From: Camelus dromedarius
Taxonomy: Eukaryota
Assembly: GCF_036321535.1 (NCBI RefSeq)
Contig: NC_087436.1
Location: 16,616,001-16,680,000 of the forward strand
Reading direction: 5' to 3'
Length of the DNA stretch: 64,000 nt
In this document: positions 24,693 to 36,842 of the stretch, piece by piece
How the letters are laid out: each line of letters begins with the position of its first letter
Position numbering within the stretch: the first letter of the stretch is position 1
The notes under the pieces: generated by a model
Databases searched by the model: none
What the model was told of the DNA's origin: nothing
Seen by the model: only the letters and a program-made list of their open reading frames with translations
Position numbers and translations under genes: made by a program

Positions 24693-25699
24693 GTGCTTTT
24701 TGTCTCTGCCTGTTTAGGTCCTCTCTGTATTGCAATCCAAGAAAAGTGAAGATTTTTCGTGGTTTTATTTCCCACTGGGTCTTAGAATGTTTCGTGTTGT
24801 AGCATCAGGGGAAATGGGTTGAGGGGAGAAACTTTGCTGAGCTCAGAGTTTAATTCAACCAATATAATAAAGAGACCTATGGTAGGAAATTGAGGGGGAA
24901 AAAAAAAAAAAAGAGAAGGGCTAACTGAAACTTAGGAGCCTGGAGAAGTTCTCTGGAGGATGCTGTTGAATGGAAAGCTTAGGAACAACTCTGGCAGGTG
25001 AGGAAACTGGGGGGCAGAGAAGATGTGGGCAGTGTTGCTGTGTATCACCTTTAAATGCTCTTCAAGAGCACAAATGAAGAGTGGAATCCTCTTTAACATC
25101 TCCTAGCAGTTAGACTGTGTCTTTATATGCAACTTCCAGCAAGATGAGCTTCGTAGGGCTCCGGGAATGATTCAGGGTTTCGCCGTGTACTCACAGGCAC
25201 TACATCAGCTCTAAATAGCCTAATCACAGGCATGAGAATGTCTCTGTGGTGGTTAAATCACCTATGTTCCAAATACTATGCTATACATGAGGGAAATGTT
25301 GAAATTATAGCTATTAGCTCTTATGAATTGAAAATATAAGAAGAGCAAAAATGTTGAAAATCTGCAGTTAGAAAATAGTAAAGAGTCTAAGAGTGTAAGA
25401 ATCATTTCAGAAAGGCCCTCAGAATAGAGGCAGGAAGAACGGAAGCCACGTGGTACAGGATTGGGCCAAACGATGCAGGAAGTCGGTGAAGTAGTGAGTA
25501 CCCCGGAGAGGTGCACAGATGAGCACGTTCCTGAGAATTAAGGAGGTTAAAAGAATGCACTGTCTGGCTTCCTGCCCAGGCCACTGTTCACCCTCACACC
25601 TGGGGTCATGTAGCTCCTCATGAGGCTTGGCTCGGGCCAGGACCAGTGATCTGCCATCAGAAAAATGAAGACTTCCTGGGCCGGAGCCTTATCACCTGT

Positions 25700-25935
25700 A
25701 ATAATAATGATAATAACTAGCACCTACTAAGCAAATACATACGTATATGTATATCTGTATGTGTAATATAGATCGATCTGTCTGTCTACCACTATGCTAA
25801 AGACTTCAGATGCAATAGCTAATTTAATTCTCCAACACCTCTCTGAGTCAGATGTCACTACTCTCATTCTATATAAGAAGAGACTGAGGTTTAGGAGGTT
25901 AACTAAGAATGTCACAAAGCCGGTATTCAGTAAAG
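25700..25935 (-). mobile_element. MIR SINE
   Basis: tttaattctccaacac...gaagagactgaggtttaggaggttaactaagaatgtcaca. Confidence 0.7.
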
Positions 25936-25974
25936 GAAACAGAAATGACTCTGGTGGTTTCAAACAGAAAGGGA

Positions 25975-26243
25975 TTTGATTTTTCTGCATGTTAACTATG
26001 AGATACCTAGGTGGAGATTTTTTCTGTTACTTATACCGCTTGTTTTTAATGAGATTCCTGAATCTATGGTTTGGTGTCTGTCATTTTGGAAAAGTGTCAG
26101 CCATTAACTTTAACTATTTCTTCTGTTCCTTTCTCTCTTTCTTCTCCTTTTGGTCTTCCTTTTATGTATATCTTTTGTAATTGTTCCACAGTTCTTGGAT
26201 ATTCTGTTTTGTCTTCTTCATTCTTTTTTCTCTTTGGATTCAG
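25975..26243 (-). mobile_element. Old LINE-1 (L1M/HAL1) fragment
   Basis: ttaactatgagatacctaggtggagatttt...ttttggaaaagtgtcagccatta...ccacagttcttggatattctg. Confidence 0.7.
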
Positions 26244-26325
26244 TTATATTATACAGTATATAATAATATATATATAATATATAAAACTATAATATAATAT
26301 ATAGTATATATAATATATACTATAT
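26244..26325. repeat. AT-rich (TA)n low-complexity tract
   Basis: Read directly. Confidence 0.9.
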
Positions 26326-26664
26326 TCCACCCCTACTCCTGCTTCACTTAAAATATGTAGACAAGAGCTGTAGAAGTAACCTCCTGAGAGAACCAGAGGC
26401 ACGGCTCTTTCGACACCATCTGTCATTATTCAAAGATTTGAATTTCACCAGTGAAATCATCAAATTGATCAGGGTATCTCTGTCTCATTGTATAAAACTG
26501 CATTCTCTTCTAGTGCATTCTACTTTTGAGAATTTCTTAAATGACATGAAGTTGTCAGTAGATTTCACAAGAATGAGAAGTTTCAAAAAGAACTAGAGGG
26601 ACCCAGTAAGATGGCTTTTGGTGAGCTGTTCCCTCCCTTCACTCAAAAGTCAGAAAAGCCTGAT

Positions 26665-26790
26665 AGTAGTCACCACTTATTGAGCGTTTACTGTGCACCA
26701 GAATCGTTCTAAGCTTTTTGCCAGGATGGTAGTGCTGTCATTACCCCCATTTTTATGGATGAAGAAACTGAAGTACAGAAAAGCTCAGTA
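26665..26790 (-). mobile_element. MIR SINE
   Basis: cacttattgagcgtttactgtgcaccag...cccatttttatggatgaagaaactgaag. Confidence 0.8.
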
Positions 26791-27135
26791 TCAGGTATAA
26801 GACAAGATCCTCAACATGCAGGCACGTTTCCCACCCAGTTTCCCAAGCCTGGGGGGCTGTATCAATTACGCCAGTACCAAAGTCCAGTAAGCTAAGACTG
26901 CTTGAATAAGGCATTTAAGAAGTGCCCTGGTTTTTCTGCCGTAGGGGAAGTTGGATTGTGCAACCCCTACTTAGAGGTTGCTCTCAATAAATTATGACAT
27001 TTTCACCCCCTGAGTTAGAGATCTTTGCACAACCTAACCTTTATAGCTTTTCAACAAGGCCACCAAAGCTAAACAAATTGTTCTACAAGGTGCTGTTGGA
27101 ATCAGATGCCAGACATTTCTGTTATACCTGGGATA

Positions 27136-27138
<3 letters not shown>

Positions 27139-27188
<50 letters not shown>
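27139..27188. repeat. (TG)25 microsatellite
   Basis: Read directly. Confidence 0.98.
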
Positions 27189-27191
<3 letters not shown>

Positions 27192-27394
27192 AAATCAGAT
27201 TGTAGATTCCAGAATTCTAAGAATTATTTCTAATTCTGTTTGTGATATAAACACAGATGGGTGTCAGCTGAAGATGAACTCAGTGGAAAGTTTTCATTTC
27301 AATAAAGTGATAAGAGGAAATATGCTTCTCAGGCAACTGTAAAAATGACTTCTTCCTACTCAAGAAAGAACATGTCAAACCCATGAAACTGCTT

Positions 27395-27557
27395 CTTTTT
27401 AAAACATTTATTTATCTTTATTTTACTTAAATTTTGTTAGGGGGGGCAGATAATTGGGTTTATCTATGTTATTTTTTTAAGGGAGGTGCTGGGGATTGAA
27501 CCCAGGACCTCATGCATGCTAAGCATGTGCTCCACCACTGAGCTGCACCCTCTCCCC
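27395..27557 (-). mobile_element. tRNA-derived SINE (camelid Vic-1-like)
   Basis: Reverse complement reads GGGGAGAGGGTGCAGCTCAGTGGTGGAGCACATGCTTAGCATGCATGAGGTCCTGGGTTCAATCCCCAGCACCTCC, with Pol III A and B boxes and an A-rich tail. Confidence 0.9.
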
Positions 27558-28919
27558 AAGACTCTTTCTTAAAAAAAGAAAAGCTTCCAAATACCTGTGA
27601 TTATTTAGTTTCTAACTTTCTTTCCTTCCCCTCCAAAAGGTGCCATTTTGTCACATACTCTACACAGACCCTCTATGGTGTTGGACTTGCGGGGGAAGGG
27701 CATCACTTATCATTTCAGGTTATTGTTGGTTTCTGACTCAAAGATGGTACGTTGTGAATGTCACATGCCTGTTTCTTATTACTGCTGCTCTCCTGACAAG
27801 TTAGAGCAGCACTAAGACACAAAATGTGAGAGAACATTGAGTTCTCAATTGCTTACCAGTTAAAACCTGTGTCATCTGTAGACTGTAAGGCCAACAAAGA
27901 AGTCATTGCTGCTATCAGTAGGGTCAAGAAATTCTACAGCTGCGTCTATAGTGGTGCCTTTTATGTTGTATTGATCAAATGCCTCTATGGTGACCCTTTT
28001 ATAAGGATAATCCCCCCTTAATTAGGCCACTGTGTGAGGAGCCGGTCTGGAGTCTTTGGTTGAGTTCATATGTCCTTGGACTTGTCTGTGAGCTGGGGAG
28101 ACTGACTTTAACCATCAGTGCCCTGGTTTTTCTGCCAGAGGGGAAGTTGGATTGTGCTTTGCTACACTGGCTGCAAAGTCTGACATTTTACAACTGCCCT
28201 GACTCATCCTTCCCAGATGACTAAATAGATGATTGTGAGTTTTTCACACCATCTCTGTCTTACGTTGGGCGTGCCTGAGGAATTTAAATAACCATGTGCA
28301 TGAGCTCTCTGCTCCTAAAAGACGCCTTGTGTGGGAAAATCACATTGTTTTTCCCGTGCCTTTGTGGGTTCAGTAATAATTGACTAAGTGAATTCTAAAA
28401 GGGGATCGTCATGTTACTTTAACCATATGATAAGATATATATCAAAGAAATTGTTTCTGTGAGAGTATTAGGTAGAACCTACGTCTGGTAGCCTGGAATT
28501 GAGTCAAATCTTAAAATAAAGGGTAAGCCATGTAGCTCATTTATTTCTTATTTACTGGGCACCCATTATATGCCAGGCGTCATTGATACGCGTCACCAGT
28601 GCACTGATATTAGGTGGTAAGAGACCCAGGCATCTTGGTCATTGCAGGGAAAGGACTTTATTGGGCTTTGGTATACACCTGGTTAAAAAAAAGGCATAAA
28701 ATGTGGCTAGCTCATCTCAAACCTGCGCAATAAAAACACAGCTCTGAGCCAGGTATGTCAGACATTTCCATTTCTCATAAATCTATTTTATCCCAGATCA
28801 CACTTATTCAAGCCCATGGTCACACAGGACAGCACAGATTCTTCAGGTAGGCCTGAACTGAATTATTAGGTCTTTTTTGTTTAGCATGTCCCCATGGGAC
28901 TCCTCACAGAATTCAGCAC

Positions 28920-29050
28920 GATTGTCCTGGGCTTCAATTCCAGCTCTGTCTCCCAACCTGAGCTGGCCACCGAACTCCCTGAGCCTCACCTTCCTCGTCT
29001 GCCAAATGGTTAAGCTCATACCACCACAGGGAATGCCTGTCAGCTGGTGA
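28920..29050 (+). mobile_element. MIR SINE
   Basis: cctgggcttcaattccagctctg...ctgagcctcaccttcctcgtctgccaaatgg. Confidence 0.75.
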
Positions 29051-29899
29051 GAGTTCTTTCCCATAATAGGCCACCTTTTAACTGAGTTTTAAGGAATGAA
29101 CAGGCTTTCTCTAGGCAAAAAGAGAAAAGAGTATTTCGGGTAGAGGAAATGTCACTTGTTGTTAGGTGCACAATGTAATATTTATTAAATAAAACTACAC
29201 TTTCAGGGGTCATCAGCTGCTCTAATTTGGATTATGCACACACCATGTGTACACTGCCATTCAATCATGAGGCTATATTCTAGAGGGGGCAAGGGCTTCC
29301 GGTATTTTTTTTATCCCTGATCGATCTATCTCTCTCTCCGTATAATAGTAGTAATGTGGCTTTCATTGGTGAAATTAGTGGCTACTTATTTAGCCTAAAG
29401 GATGTTAGATATGGACCTTTAGTGGCCAAATTAGTGGTTTCAAGATGTGTGGATTGATGGATGTAGGTTGGAGCCACTCCTGCCTTGCATGAATGGGATA
29501 TAGAAATTTAGCAAGATCTTTTTTACTCTTAAGAATTGCACCCAAAATCTGATCCCCATTCGTCTTGTGTCTAACGGCTTATTCCCTGATTCTTAGTTGC
29601 CAGAGTCTGAGTGGACGGTTCGCTAAATCTGCCTACCAGGATTAGCTGATTTGCCTTGGAGGAACTTTTAAGTGAGATAACTTGGGCAAAGATCTCAAAC
29701 TTCACTGAAGTTCAGGTTAAACGCATTATTTCACTGTTCTGTGCCTGCCTACTGATAAATGTCTGTTGTGGGAGAATTTGATTGGGAACTTGCTTTCATT
29801 ATGACTTAGTAGCTGAGCTGTAGGAGACACACCTACTTCCAGTGTTTTCTGAGGCTATCATTGTCTACCAGAAAGCAGCTAAGAGTTGAGCAGGTCCAA

Positions 29900-30200
29900 C
29901 TGGCTTAGATCAGCTTGGAGCTGATATAAAGGCATAGAGGTGTGAGAGCACAAGAGGCTTGGCAAAGAGCCAGAGGTTGAATCTGTTTGGGGCAGGGGGA
30001 CATTCTGTGAGGGGAGAATGGCCGTAAGAAATGAGTTTAGAAAATAAGTTTGGGGCCACCTGGTGGAAGAGCCTTGTATTTCAGTCTAATAAGTGTGCAA
30101 AGGAGACATCAGAGGTTTTTAAGAAGGGGACTTACAAATGATCAGACTTGTGTTTAGAGCATCATCTCTGGCTGCCGTGTAGAGGGAGAGAGACCGTTTA
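29900..30200 (-). mobile_element. LINE-2 fragment
   Basis: gaggtttttaagaagggga...atcagacttgtgtttagagcatcatctctggctgccgtgtagag. Confidence 0.7.
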
Positions 30201-30202
30201 GA

Positions 30203-30340
30203 CCAGGGGTTTGCAAACCAAGACCCAAGGGCCAGATGTCACCTGAGAGCTAAGAATGGCTTTTACATTATTACGTGGGGGAAGAAGAGTATTTCATGAT
30301 ACGTGAAATTGTATGGGAAAAAATTCACCTTTAGTGCAGT
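30203..30340. mobile_element. hAT-Charlie MITE, left part only
   Basis: caggggtttgcaaac...gagctaagaatggcttttacatt...tatttcatgatacgtgaaattgtatg. Confidence 0.7.
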
Positions 30341-30372
30341 TTTCTGTGTTTCCTATAAAAGTCCAATAGGTA

Positions 30373-30485
30373 GGATGGACCAGGAGATGATCATTCTAAG
30401 TGAAGTGGGCCGGAAAGAGAAAGAAAAATGCCATATGATATCAGTTATATATGGAATAAAAAAAAAAGGACACAAATTAACTACT
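30373..30485 (+). mobile_element. Isolated internal LINE-1 fragment (ORF2 end and start of 3'UTR)
   Basis: atcattctaagtgaagtgggccggaaagagaaagaaaaatgccatatgatatc, homologous to 23110-23200 and to the reverse complement of 32370-32450. Confidence 0.85.
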
Positions 30486-30619
30486 TATTATTTATAACTT
30501 AGATGATTGATTTCTTAAATATGTGTAAGCACATTTGACTGTCCTTTATGACTGGATTACCATATTCTGTTGATTCTTATTTTGTGGTTGGCTTTATTCC
30601 TTTGATAACTACGTAAGTT

Positions 30620-30992
30620 TAAAAAGCAAAAAGAGGATGAAGTACTAATTTACGCTACCACATGGATGAACCTTGAAAGCAGTATGCCAAGTGAAAGAAG
30701 CTAGTGATAAAAAGCCATGTATTTTATGATTTCATTTATATGAAATATTCAGAACAGGCAAATCTACAGAGACAGAGGCTAGCTTAATGTTTGCCTAGAG
30801 TTGAGGGAGTACAGAGAGTTTGGGAAGTGCTGGCTAAAGGGTATGGTGTTTCTTTGTGGGATGATTTGAATGTTCCAAAATTGATTGTGGTGATGGTTGC
30901 ACAACTGTGCAAGTATCGTAAATTTATATTGAATTGTACATTTTAAATGGATAAATCCTATCTCAGTAAAGCTTTTATTTAAAAAAAAAAAG
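30620..30992 (+). mobile_element. Old LINE-1 (L1MB-like) 3' end
   Basis: catggatgaaccttgaaa...ttccaaaattgattgtggtgatggttgcacaactgtg... followed by poly(A). Confidence 0.88.
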
Positions 30993-31127
30993 GCCAATAA
31001 GAACTACATAGGCACATCAAGGGAAGGCTTTTCTCATGAAAAAAAATGAAAGCTCTTATTATGAATAATAGAAAATTGAAAGTAATAATATCTCTGGTCC
31101 TTTTCCCTTTCTATACATTCTGTTTTT

Positions 31128-31979
31128 ACTTCCAGTTTTAATTCTTTATTGTGATGTAATTGACATACATGTGTATGTTTAAGATGGATAGCATAATGAT
31201 TTGACTTACACACATCATGAAATGATGACAATAATTTAGTGAATATCCATTATCTCATATTGCTATAGAATTAAAGACATAGAATAATTTTTTTTCTTGT
31301 GATGAGAACTCTTAGGATTTACTCTTTTAACATTATATATGTTAATATATATAAACATAGAGCAGGGTTAATTATATTTCTCATGTTGTACATTTCATCC
31401 CTAGTACTTATTTATCTCATAACTTGGATTTTGTACCTACTGACTGTCTTCATTCAACCCTCCCACCCCCCACCTCTGGTAACCACAAATCTGATCTTTT
31501 TTCTATGAGTCTGTTTTTGAAGCATTATTGACCTACAACACTGTTCATTTCTGTTACACAACATAGTGATCTGGTATTTCTATACATTTCAAAATGATCA
31601 TCATGATAAGTCTAGTTATCATTTGTCACTATACAAAGATATTACACAGTTATTAACTATATACCCCACACTGTACATTTCATACCATTTCATTTATTTT
31701 GCAACAGGAAGTTTGTACTTCTTAATTCCTCTCACCTAATTTTCTCCTCCCTCCCAGCCCCACACCCTCTGGCAACTACCTGTTTGTTCTCTGTATCTAT
31801 GACTATTTCTGTTTTGTTATGTTTATTCATTTGTTTTGTTTTTTAGAGTCCACATACAAGTGAAATCATACACTATTTGTCTTTCTCTGTCTGACTTAGC
31901 ATAATACTTTCTAGGTCCATCTGTATTTTGCAAAGGGCAAGATTTCATTCTTTTTCATGACTGAGTAATATTCCATACA

Positions 31980-32024
<45 letters not shown>

Positions 32025-32054
32025 AAACATATATATGTATGCATGCCACATCTT
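31128..32054 (-). mobile_element. LINE-1 (L1MA-like) 3' end
   Basis: gtgatgagaactcttaggatttactct, ctggcaactacctgtttgttctctgtatctatg, ccacatacaagtgaaatcata. Contains a (TG)20 tract at 31982-32022. Confidence 0.9.
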
Positions 32055-32055
32055 G

Positions 32056-34106
32056 TTTTTTAAACATTTTTTATTGATTTATAATCATTTTACAATGTTG
32101 TGTCAAATTCCAGTGTTCAGCACAATTTTTCAGTCATACATGGACATATACACACTCATTGTCACATTTTTTTCTCTGTGAGCTACCATAACATTTTGTG
32201 TATATTTCCCTGTGCTATACAGTATAATCTTGTTTATCTATTCTACAATTTTGAAATCCAAGTCTATCCCTTCCCACCCTCTGCCCCCCTGGCAACCACA
32301 AGTCTGTATTCTCTGTCTATGAGTCTATTTCTGTTTTTGTTTGTTTGTTTGTTTGTTTTTGTTTTTTAGATTCCACATATGAGCGATCTCATATGGTATT
32401 TTTCTTTCTCTTTCTGGCTTACTTCACTTAGAATGACATTCTCCAGGAGCATCCATGTTGCTGCAAATAGCATTATGTTGTCAGTTTTTATGGCTGAGTA
32501 GTATTCCATTGTATAAATACACCACTTCTTCTTTATCCAGTCACCTGTTGATGGACATTTAGGCTGTTTCCATGTTTTGGCTATTGTAAATAGTGCTGCT
32601 ATGAACATTGGGGTGCAGGTGTCATCCTGAAGTAGGGTTCCTTCTGGATACAAGCCCAGGAGTGGGATTCCTGGGTCATACGATAAGTCTATTCCTAGTC
32701 TTTTGAGGAATCTCCACACTGTTTTCCATAGTGGCTGCACCAAACTGCATTCCCACCAGCAGTGTATGAGGGTTCCCCTTTCTCCATAGCCTCTCCATCA
32801 TTTGTCATTTGTGGGTTTTTGAATGATGGCCATTCTGACTGGTGTGAGGTGATACCTCATTGTAGTTTTGATTTGCATTTCTCTGATAATTAGCTATATT
32901 GAGCACTTTTTCATGTACCTTTTGATCATTTGTATGTCTTCCTTGGAGAATTGCTTATTTAGGTCTTCTGCCCATTTTTGGATTGGGTTGTTTATTTTTT
33001 TCTTATTGAGTCATATGAGCTGCTTATATATTCTGGAGATCAAGCCTTTGTCGGTTTCATTTGCAAAAATTTTCCCCCATTCCGTAGGTTGTCTTCTTGT
33101 TTTATTTCTGGTTTCCTTTGCTGTGCAGAAGCTTGTAAGTTTCATTAGGTCCCATTTGTTTATTCTTGCTTTTATTTCTACTAGGAGAAAATTTTTGAAA
33201 TGTATGTCAGATAATGTTTTGCCTATGTTTTCCTCTAGGAGGTTTATTGTATCTTGTCTTATGTTTAAGTCTTTGATCCATTTTGAGTTGATTTTTGTAT
33301 ATGGTGTAAGGGAGTGTTCTAGCTTCATTGTTTTACATGCTGCTGTCCAGTTTTCCCAACACCATTTGCTGAAGAGACTGTTTTTATTTCATTGTATATT
33401 CTTGCCTCCTTTGTCGAAGATTGGTTGACCAAAAGTTTGTGGGTTCATTTCTGGGATCTCTATTCTGTTCCATTGGTCTGTATGTCTGTTTTTGTACCAA
33501 TACCATGCTGTCTTGATGACTGTAGCTCTATAGTATTGTCTGAAGTCTGGGAGAGTTATTCCTCCAGCCTCTTTCTTTCTCTTCAGTAATGCTTTGGCAA
33601 TTCTAGGTCTTTGATGGTTCCATATAAATTTTATTATGATTTGTTCTAGTTCTGTGAAATATGTCCTGGGTAATTTGATAGGGATTGCATTAACTCTGTA
33701 GATTGCCTTGGGCAGTGTGACCATTTTAACAATATTGATTCTTCCAATCCAAGGGCATGGGATATCTTTCCATTTTTTAAAGTCTTCTTTAATTTCCTTC
33801 ATCAATGGTTTATAGTTTTCTGTGTATAATTCTTTCACCTCCTTTGTTAGATTTATTCCCAGATATTTTATTACTTTGGGTGCTATTTTAAAGGGGATTG
33901 TTTCTTTACTTTCTTTTTCTGTTGATTCATTGTTAGTGTAAAGAAATGCAACTGATTTTTGAACGTTAATTTTGTAACCTGCTACCTTGCTGAATTCTTT
34001 GATCAGCTCTCGTAGTTTTTGTGTGGACCTTTTAGGGTTTTCTATATATAGTAACATGTCGTCGGTATATAGTGACACTTTTACCTCTTCTTTTCCAATT
34101 TGGGAT
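32056..34106 (-). mobile_element. Relatively young 5'-truncated LINE-1 with decayed ORF2 (RT motif region to C-terminus) and 3'UTR
   Basis: Track ORFs 33389-34078 ([15 protein letters not shown]...KYLGINLTK...[16 protein letters not shown]), 33011-33328 and 32366-32743 are colinear ORF2 pieces separated by premature stops. Confidence 0.98.
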
Positions 34107-34129
34107 CTTTTCCAATTTGGGATCTGGGA

Positions 34130-34460
34130 TTTGTTAATTTAAGATTCTATTGGAAACTCTTGCAAGGGCAGAACTGAGAGACCGTGAGTTGATATAGAGG
34201 GAACGTAAAGTCAGAAGAGATAAGGGCTGAGGCAATCCTCTGAAAAATCTCAAACATTTCAAGGTTAGACAGAAGGAGACAAGCCAGAGAAGGAGGAGGA
34301 TCAGAGGAGGACAGTGTTCTAAGCAGAAATCAAAGATGAAGATCTCTTGCTTCAGGTGGGAATGACCTACAGCTTCCAATGCTTCAGAGAGTTCAAACGA
34401 ACTGAATACTGAAATGGACTTATTACGCTCAGCAGCTGGCTTGCTATTGGCAGTTTTACT
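34130..34460 (-). mobile_element. LINE-2 fragment
   Basis: agggctgaggc...aaacatttcaaggttagacagaagg...caatgcttcagagagttcaa...actgaaa. Confidence 0.6.
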
Positions 34461-34464
34461 AAAG

Positions 34465-35420
34465 TTGACGATTGCCTACTTACAGTTTCCACTTGGAAGT
34501 CTCTTGGGCACCTCAGCCTCCTCATATTCTAGTTGGAACTCATCGTTTTCCTGATGGAATTAATGTTTTCTCTTTCAGCAAAGACACCACCATCTATCCA
34601 GCTGTCTAGCCAGAAACGTTTGGGGTCAGGCAGGACCTGATTCTTCACCCCAGATAGCTAATCAATTGCCAAGTCATGTTGAGCCTATCTCCTAAAATTT
34701 TTTCAGCATTTCCAGGGCTCTGTTTCCACTCTCATCACTAAAATGTAGTTATCAGGTCTCTCTGCCAGGCTCCTGTAATAACATCTTCACTGTTCTTTCC
34801 TACCTGTCCTCTCTTTACCAGTTTATGCTGCACTTACGGCCAGGGTGATCCTTTTGAAAGCGAATCTGATCAAGTCACACCCCTACTGAAAGTTCTCCCC
34901 CTATTTGCCTGAAAGCAAAGTTCAAATCCTCAACACGGCCCAAAGACCCTCTTGATTTTTGTCCATGGTATGTCCCATCAACATATATAATTTGTACCAT
35001 TTCCCCCTGAGTCTCTACAATAAAGTCACACCATCCCTCTTCTAGTTTCTTGAAAACACGGCATTTCTTTCTACCTTATGACCCGATCTTCACACCCACT
35101 AATCCTTTAACCTGGAATCTCCCCACACCCCTCGCTACCCCCCAGCCCGCCCCTGCCCCCTTCCTGTAGTTGATTCCTCTGAATTCTTTCTTTATTAGCT
35201 TGTGCTACTTCTTCAGGGAAAAGCCCGCTTCCTCAGTCTAGTCTGTTCTCCTTGTCATGCTCTTGCTGCTCTGGGTCTTCTGTCTGGAGAAGGGTAGGCA
35301 TTATTTGGTGTCTGCTTTCTCTTCTTGAAATCAGGAGCTGCATCTGTCTGGCTCACCGCATGACCCCAGCGCCAGGGACAGACAGCGCCTTTTCACTCAG
35401 TGATTCCTTGTGAAATGAAC
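34465..35420 (+). mobile_element. LINE-2 fragment
   Basis: tttccacttggaagtctcttgggcacctca, caccatctatccag, gccagggtgatccttttgaaagcgaatctgatca, tctggctcaccgcatgaccccagcgcc. Confidence 0.75.
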
Positions 35421-35821
35421 ACATGTGGTAGGAATGCGGAGATGGTGGGTTTAGTAAGTGTTCGGGTCGATAAGGTTTCCACAAACTTGGATCCCAAAGG
35501 GAAAGAGAACAATGGTCATGGTGAAAGCAGATTCAAAAATAGCAAATAGAGTCAAAATAAAGATTTTTTTTTCATAGATGAGGAAGGCTTGAATGTATTT
35601 GCAGAATAAAGCAAAAGAATTTTAGGGGAAGGGAAGTGAATTGCTGGGATTGAGATTGAGGGAGGGGATAATGGGTGAAGCAGGGGAGGAAAGGGGACCC
35701 AGATATCAGGTGAAAGGTCCCGCTATGGAAAGGAGGACAGAACTTCTGGTACCGAAGGGAAGTACAGAAGGCTTGGAGTCACGGTGGGTCACTGTGGCTA
35801 CACTAGAGGCAGTGTATCAGT

Positions 35822-36228
35822 TGCTCTGGGTTGGATTGTCTCCTCACCAAAAGATTTGTTGCAGTCCAAACCCTTGATAGCTGTTAATGTGACCTAATTT
35901 GGAAATGGGGTCTTTGTGGACGTGAACAGGTTAAGATGAGGTCACTAAGATGGGCACTAATCCAATGCAACTAGCGGTCTTGTGAGAAGAGTGAAACCTC
36001 CATGTGGCAACAGAGGCAGAGGTGGGAGGGTGCAGCTCCACCCCAGGTGCCAAGGACTGCCGGCCACACCAGAGCCGGGGGAAGGCGAAGGAGGGGCTCC
36101 ACCCAGAGTCCCAGAGGGAGGAGCACAGCCCTGCTGGCCCCTTCACCCTGAATGCCTGGCTCCCAGAGCTGAAAGAATCCTTTTCTGTTGCTTTAGGCCA
36201 CCTAGTTTATGGCACCTCGTTATGGCCT
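35822..36228 (+). mobile_element. MaLR LTR (MLT1C/D-like)
   Basis: tgtgacctaatttggaaatggggtctttg...gccaaggactgccggccacaccagagc...ctgttgctttaggccacctagtttatggc. Confidence 0.9.
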
Positions 36229-36729
36229 TTGGATTTCTTGCAAGGAATCCAATACAGACTTATGATTATTTCCTAAGAATTTTGGAGTCCAGTGTTGGCT
36301 TCAGAACAGTGACGCAGGTATAGGAGAGTCACTGAGAGGAAAGACAAAGGGAGCTGGTTAAAATCTAGCAAAAAGCTACCTGAGTATTTCCTGAGCCCTC
36401 AAAGCCATGATAGTGTGATTAAGAAATAGCAAATAAAGAAGACCACATGGAACAATGAAAAACAATTAGGTAAGTATCACCTTTAAGCATTAAATCGAGC
36501 TCTCCCCTTCCTGTTAGCCAGGTCTAAAAAGACACAGATTGGACACTTGGCTTTATCTTTTAAAACGAAGGATAATGATTCCTCAAAAGAATGAATATTT
36601 TCTTAGTAATGGTTTCTTATTTGAAGGACCGTGAACAACGTAAAAACAATAAATTTCACACAAGATATAGATTCAGTTCTTATTTAAGCATCTGCTTTTT
36701 TGTCAGACCTCTGTTACCTTCTTGACTTT

Positions 36730-36842
36730 TTCTTTTGGCGGGACGAGGTAAATAGATTTATGTATTAAATGGAGGTGCTGGGGATTGAACCCAGGACCTC
36801 ATGCATGCTAGGCGTGCACTACCACTGAGCTATACCCTCCCC
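36730..36842 (-). mobile_element. tRNA-derived SINE (Vic-1-like)
   Basis: ggaggtgctggggattgaacccaggacctcatgcatgc...actgagctataccctcccc, with imperfect TSD tgttaccttcttgacttt / tgttaacctattgacttt. Confidence 0.92.

Larger units (their letters stand above)
26921..28157 (+). repeat. 41-bp dispersed direct repeat (26921-26961 and 28117-28157)
   Basis: AGTGCCCTGGTTTTTCTGCC(GT/AG)AGGGGAAGTTGGATTGTGC, 39/41 identical. Confidence 0.95.

Noticed and set aside
32868..33428. 186-aa hydrophobic ORF resembling a membrane protein
   Set aside because: It is the antisense frame of L1 ORF2, a well-known artefact.
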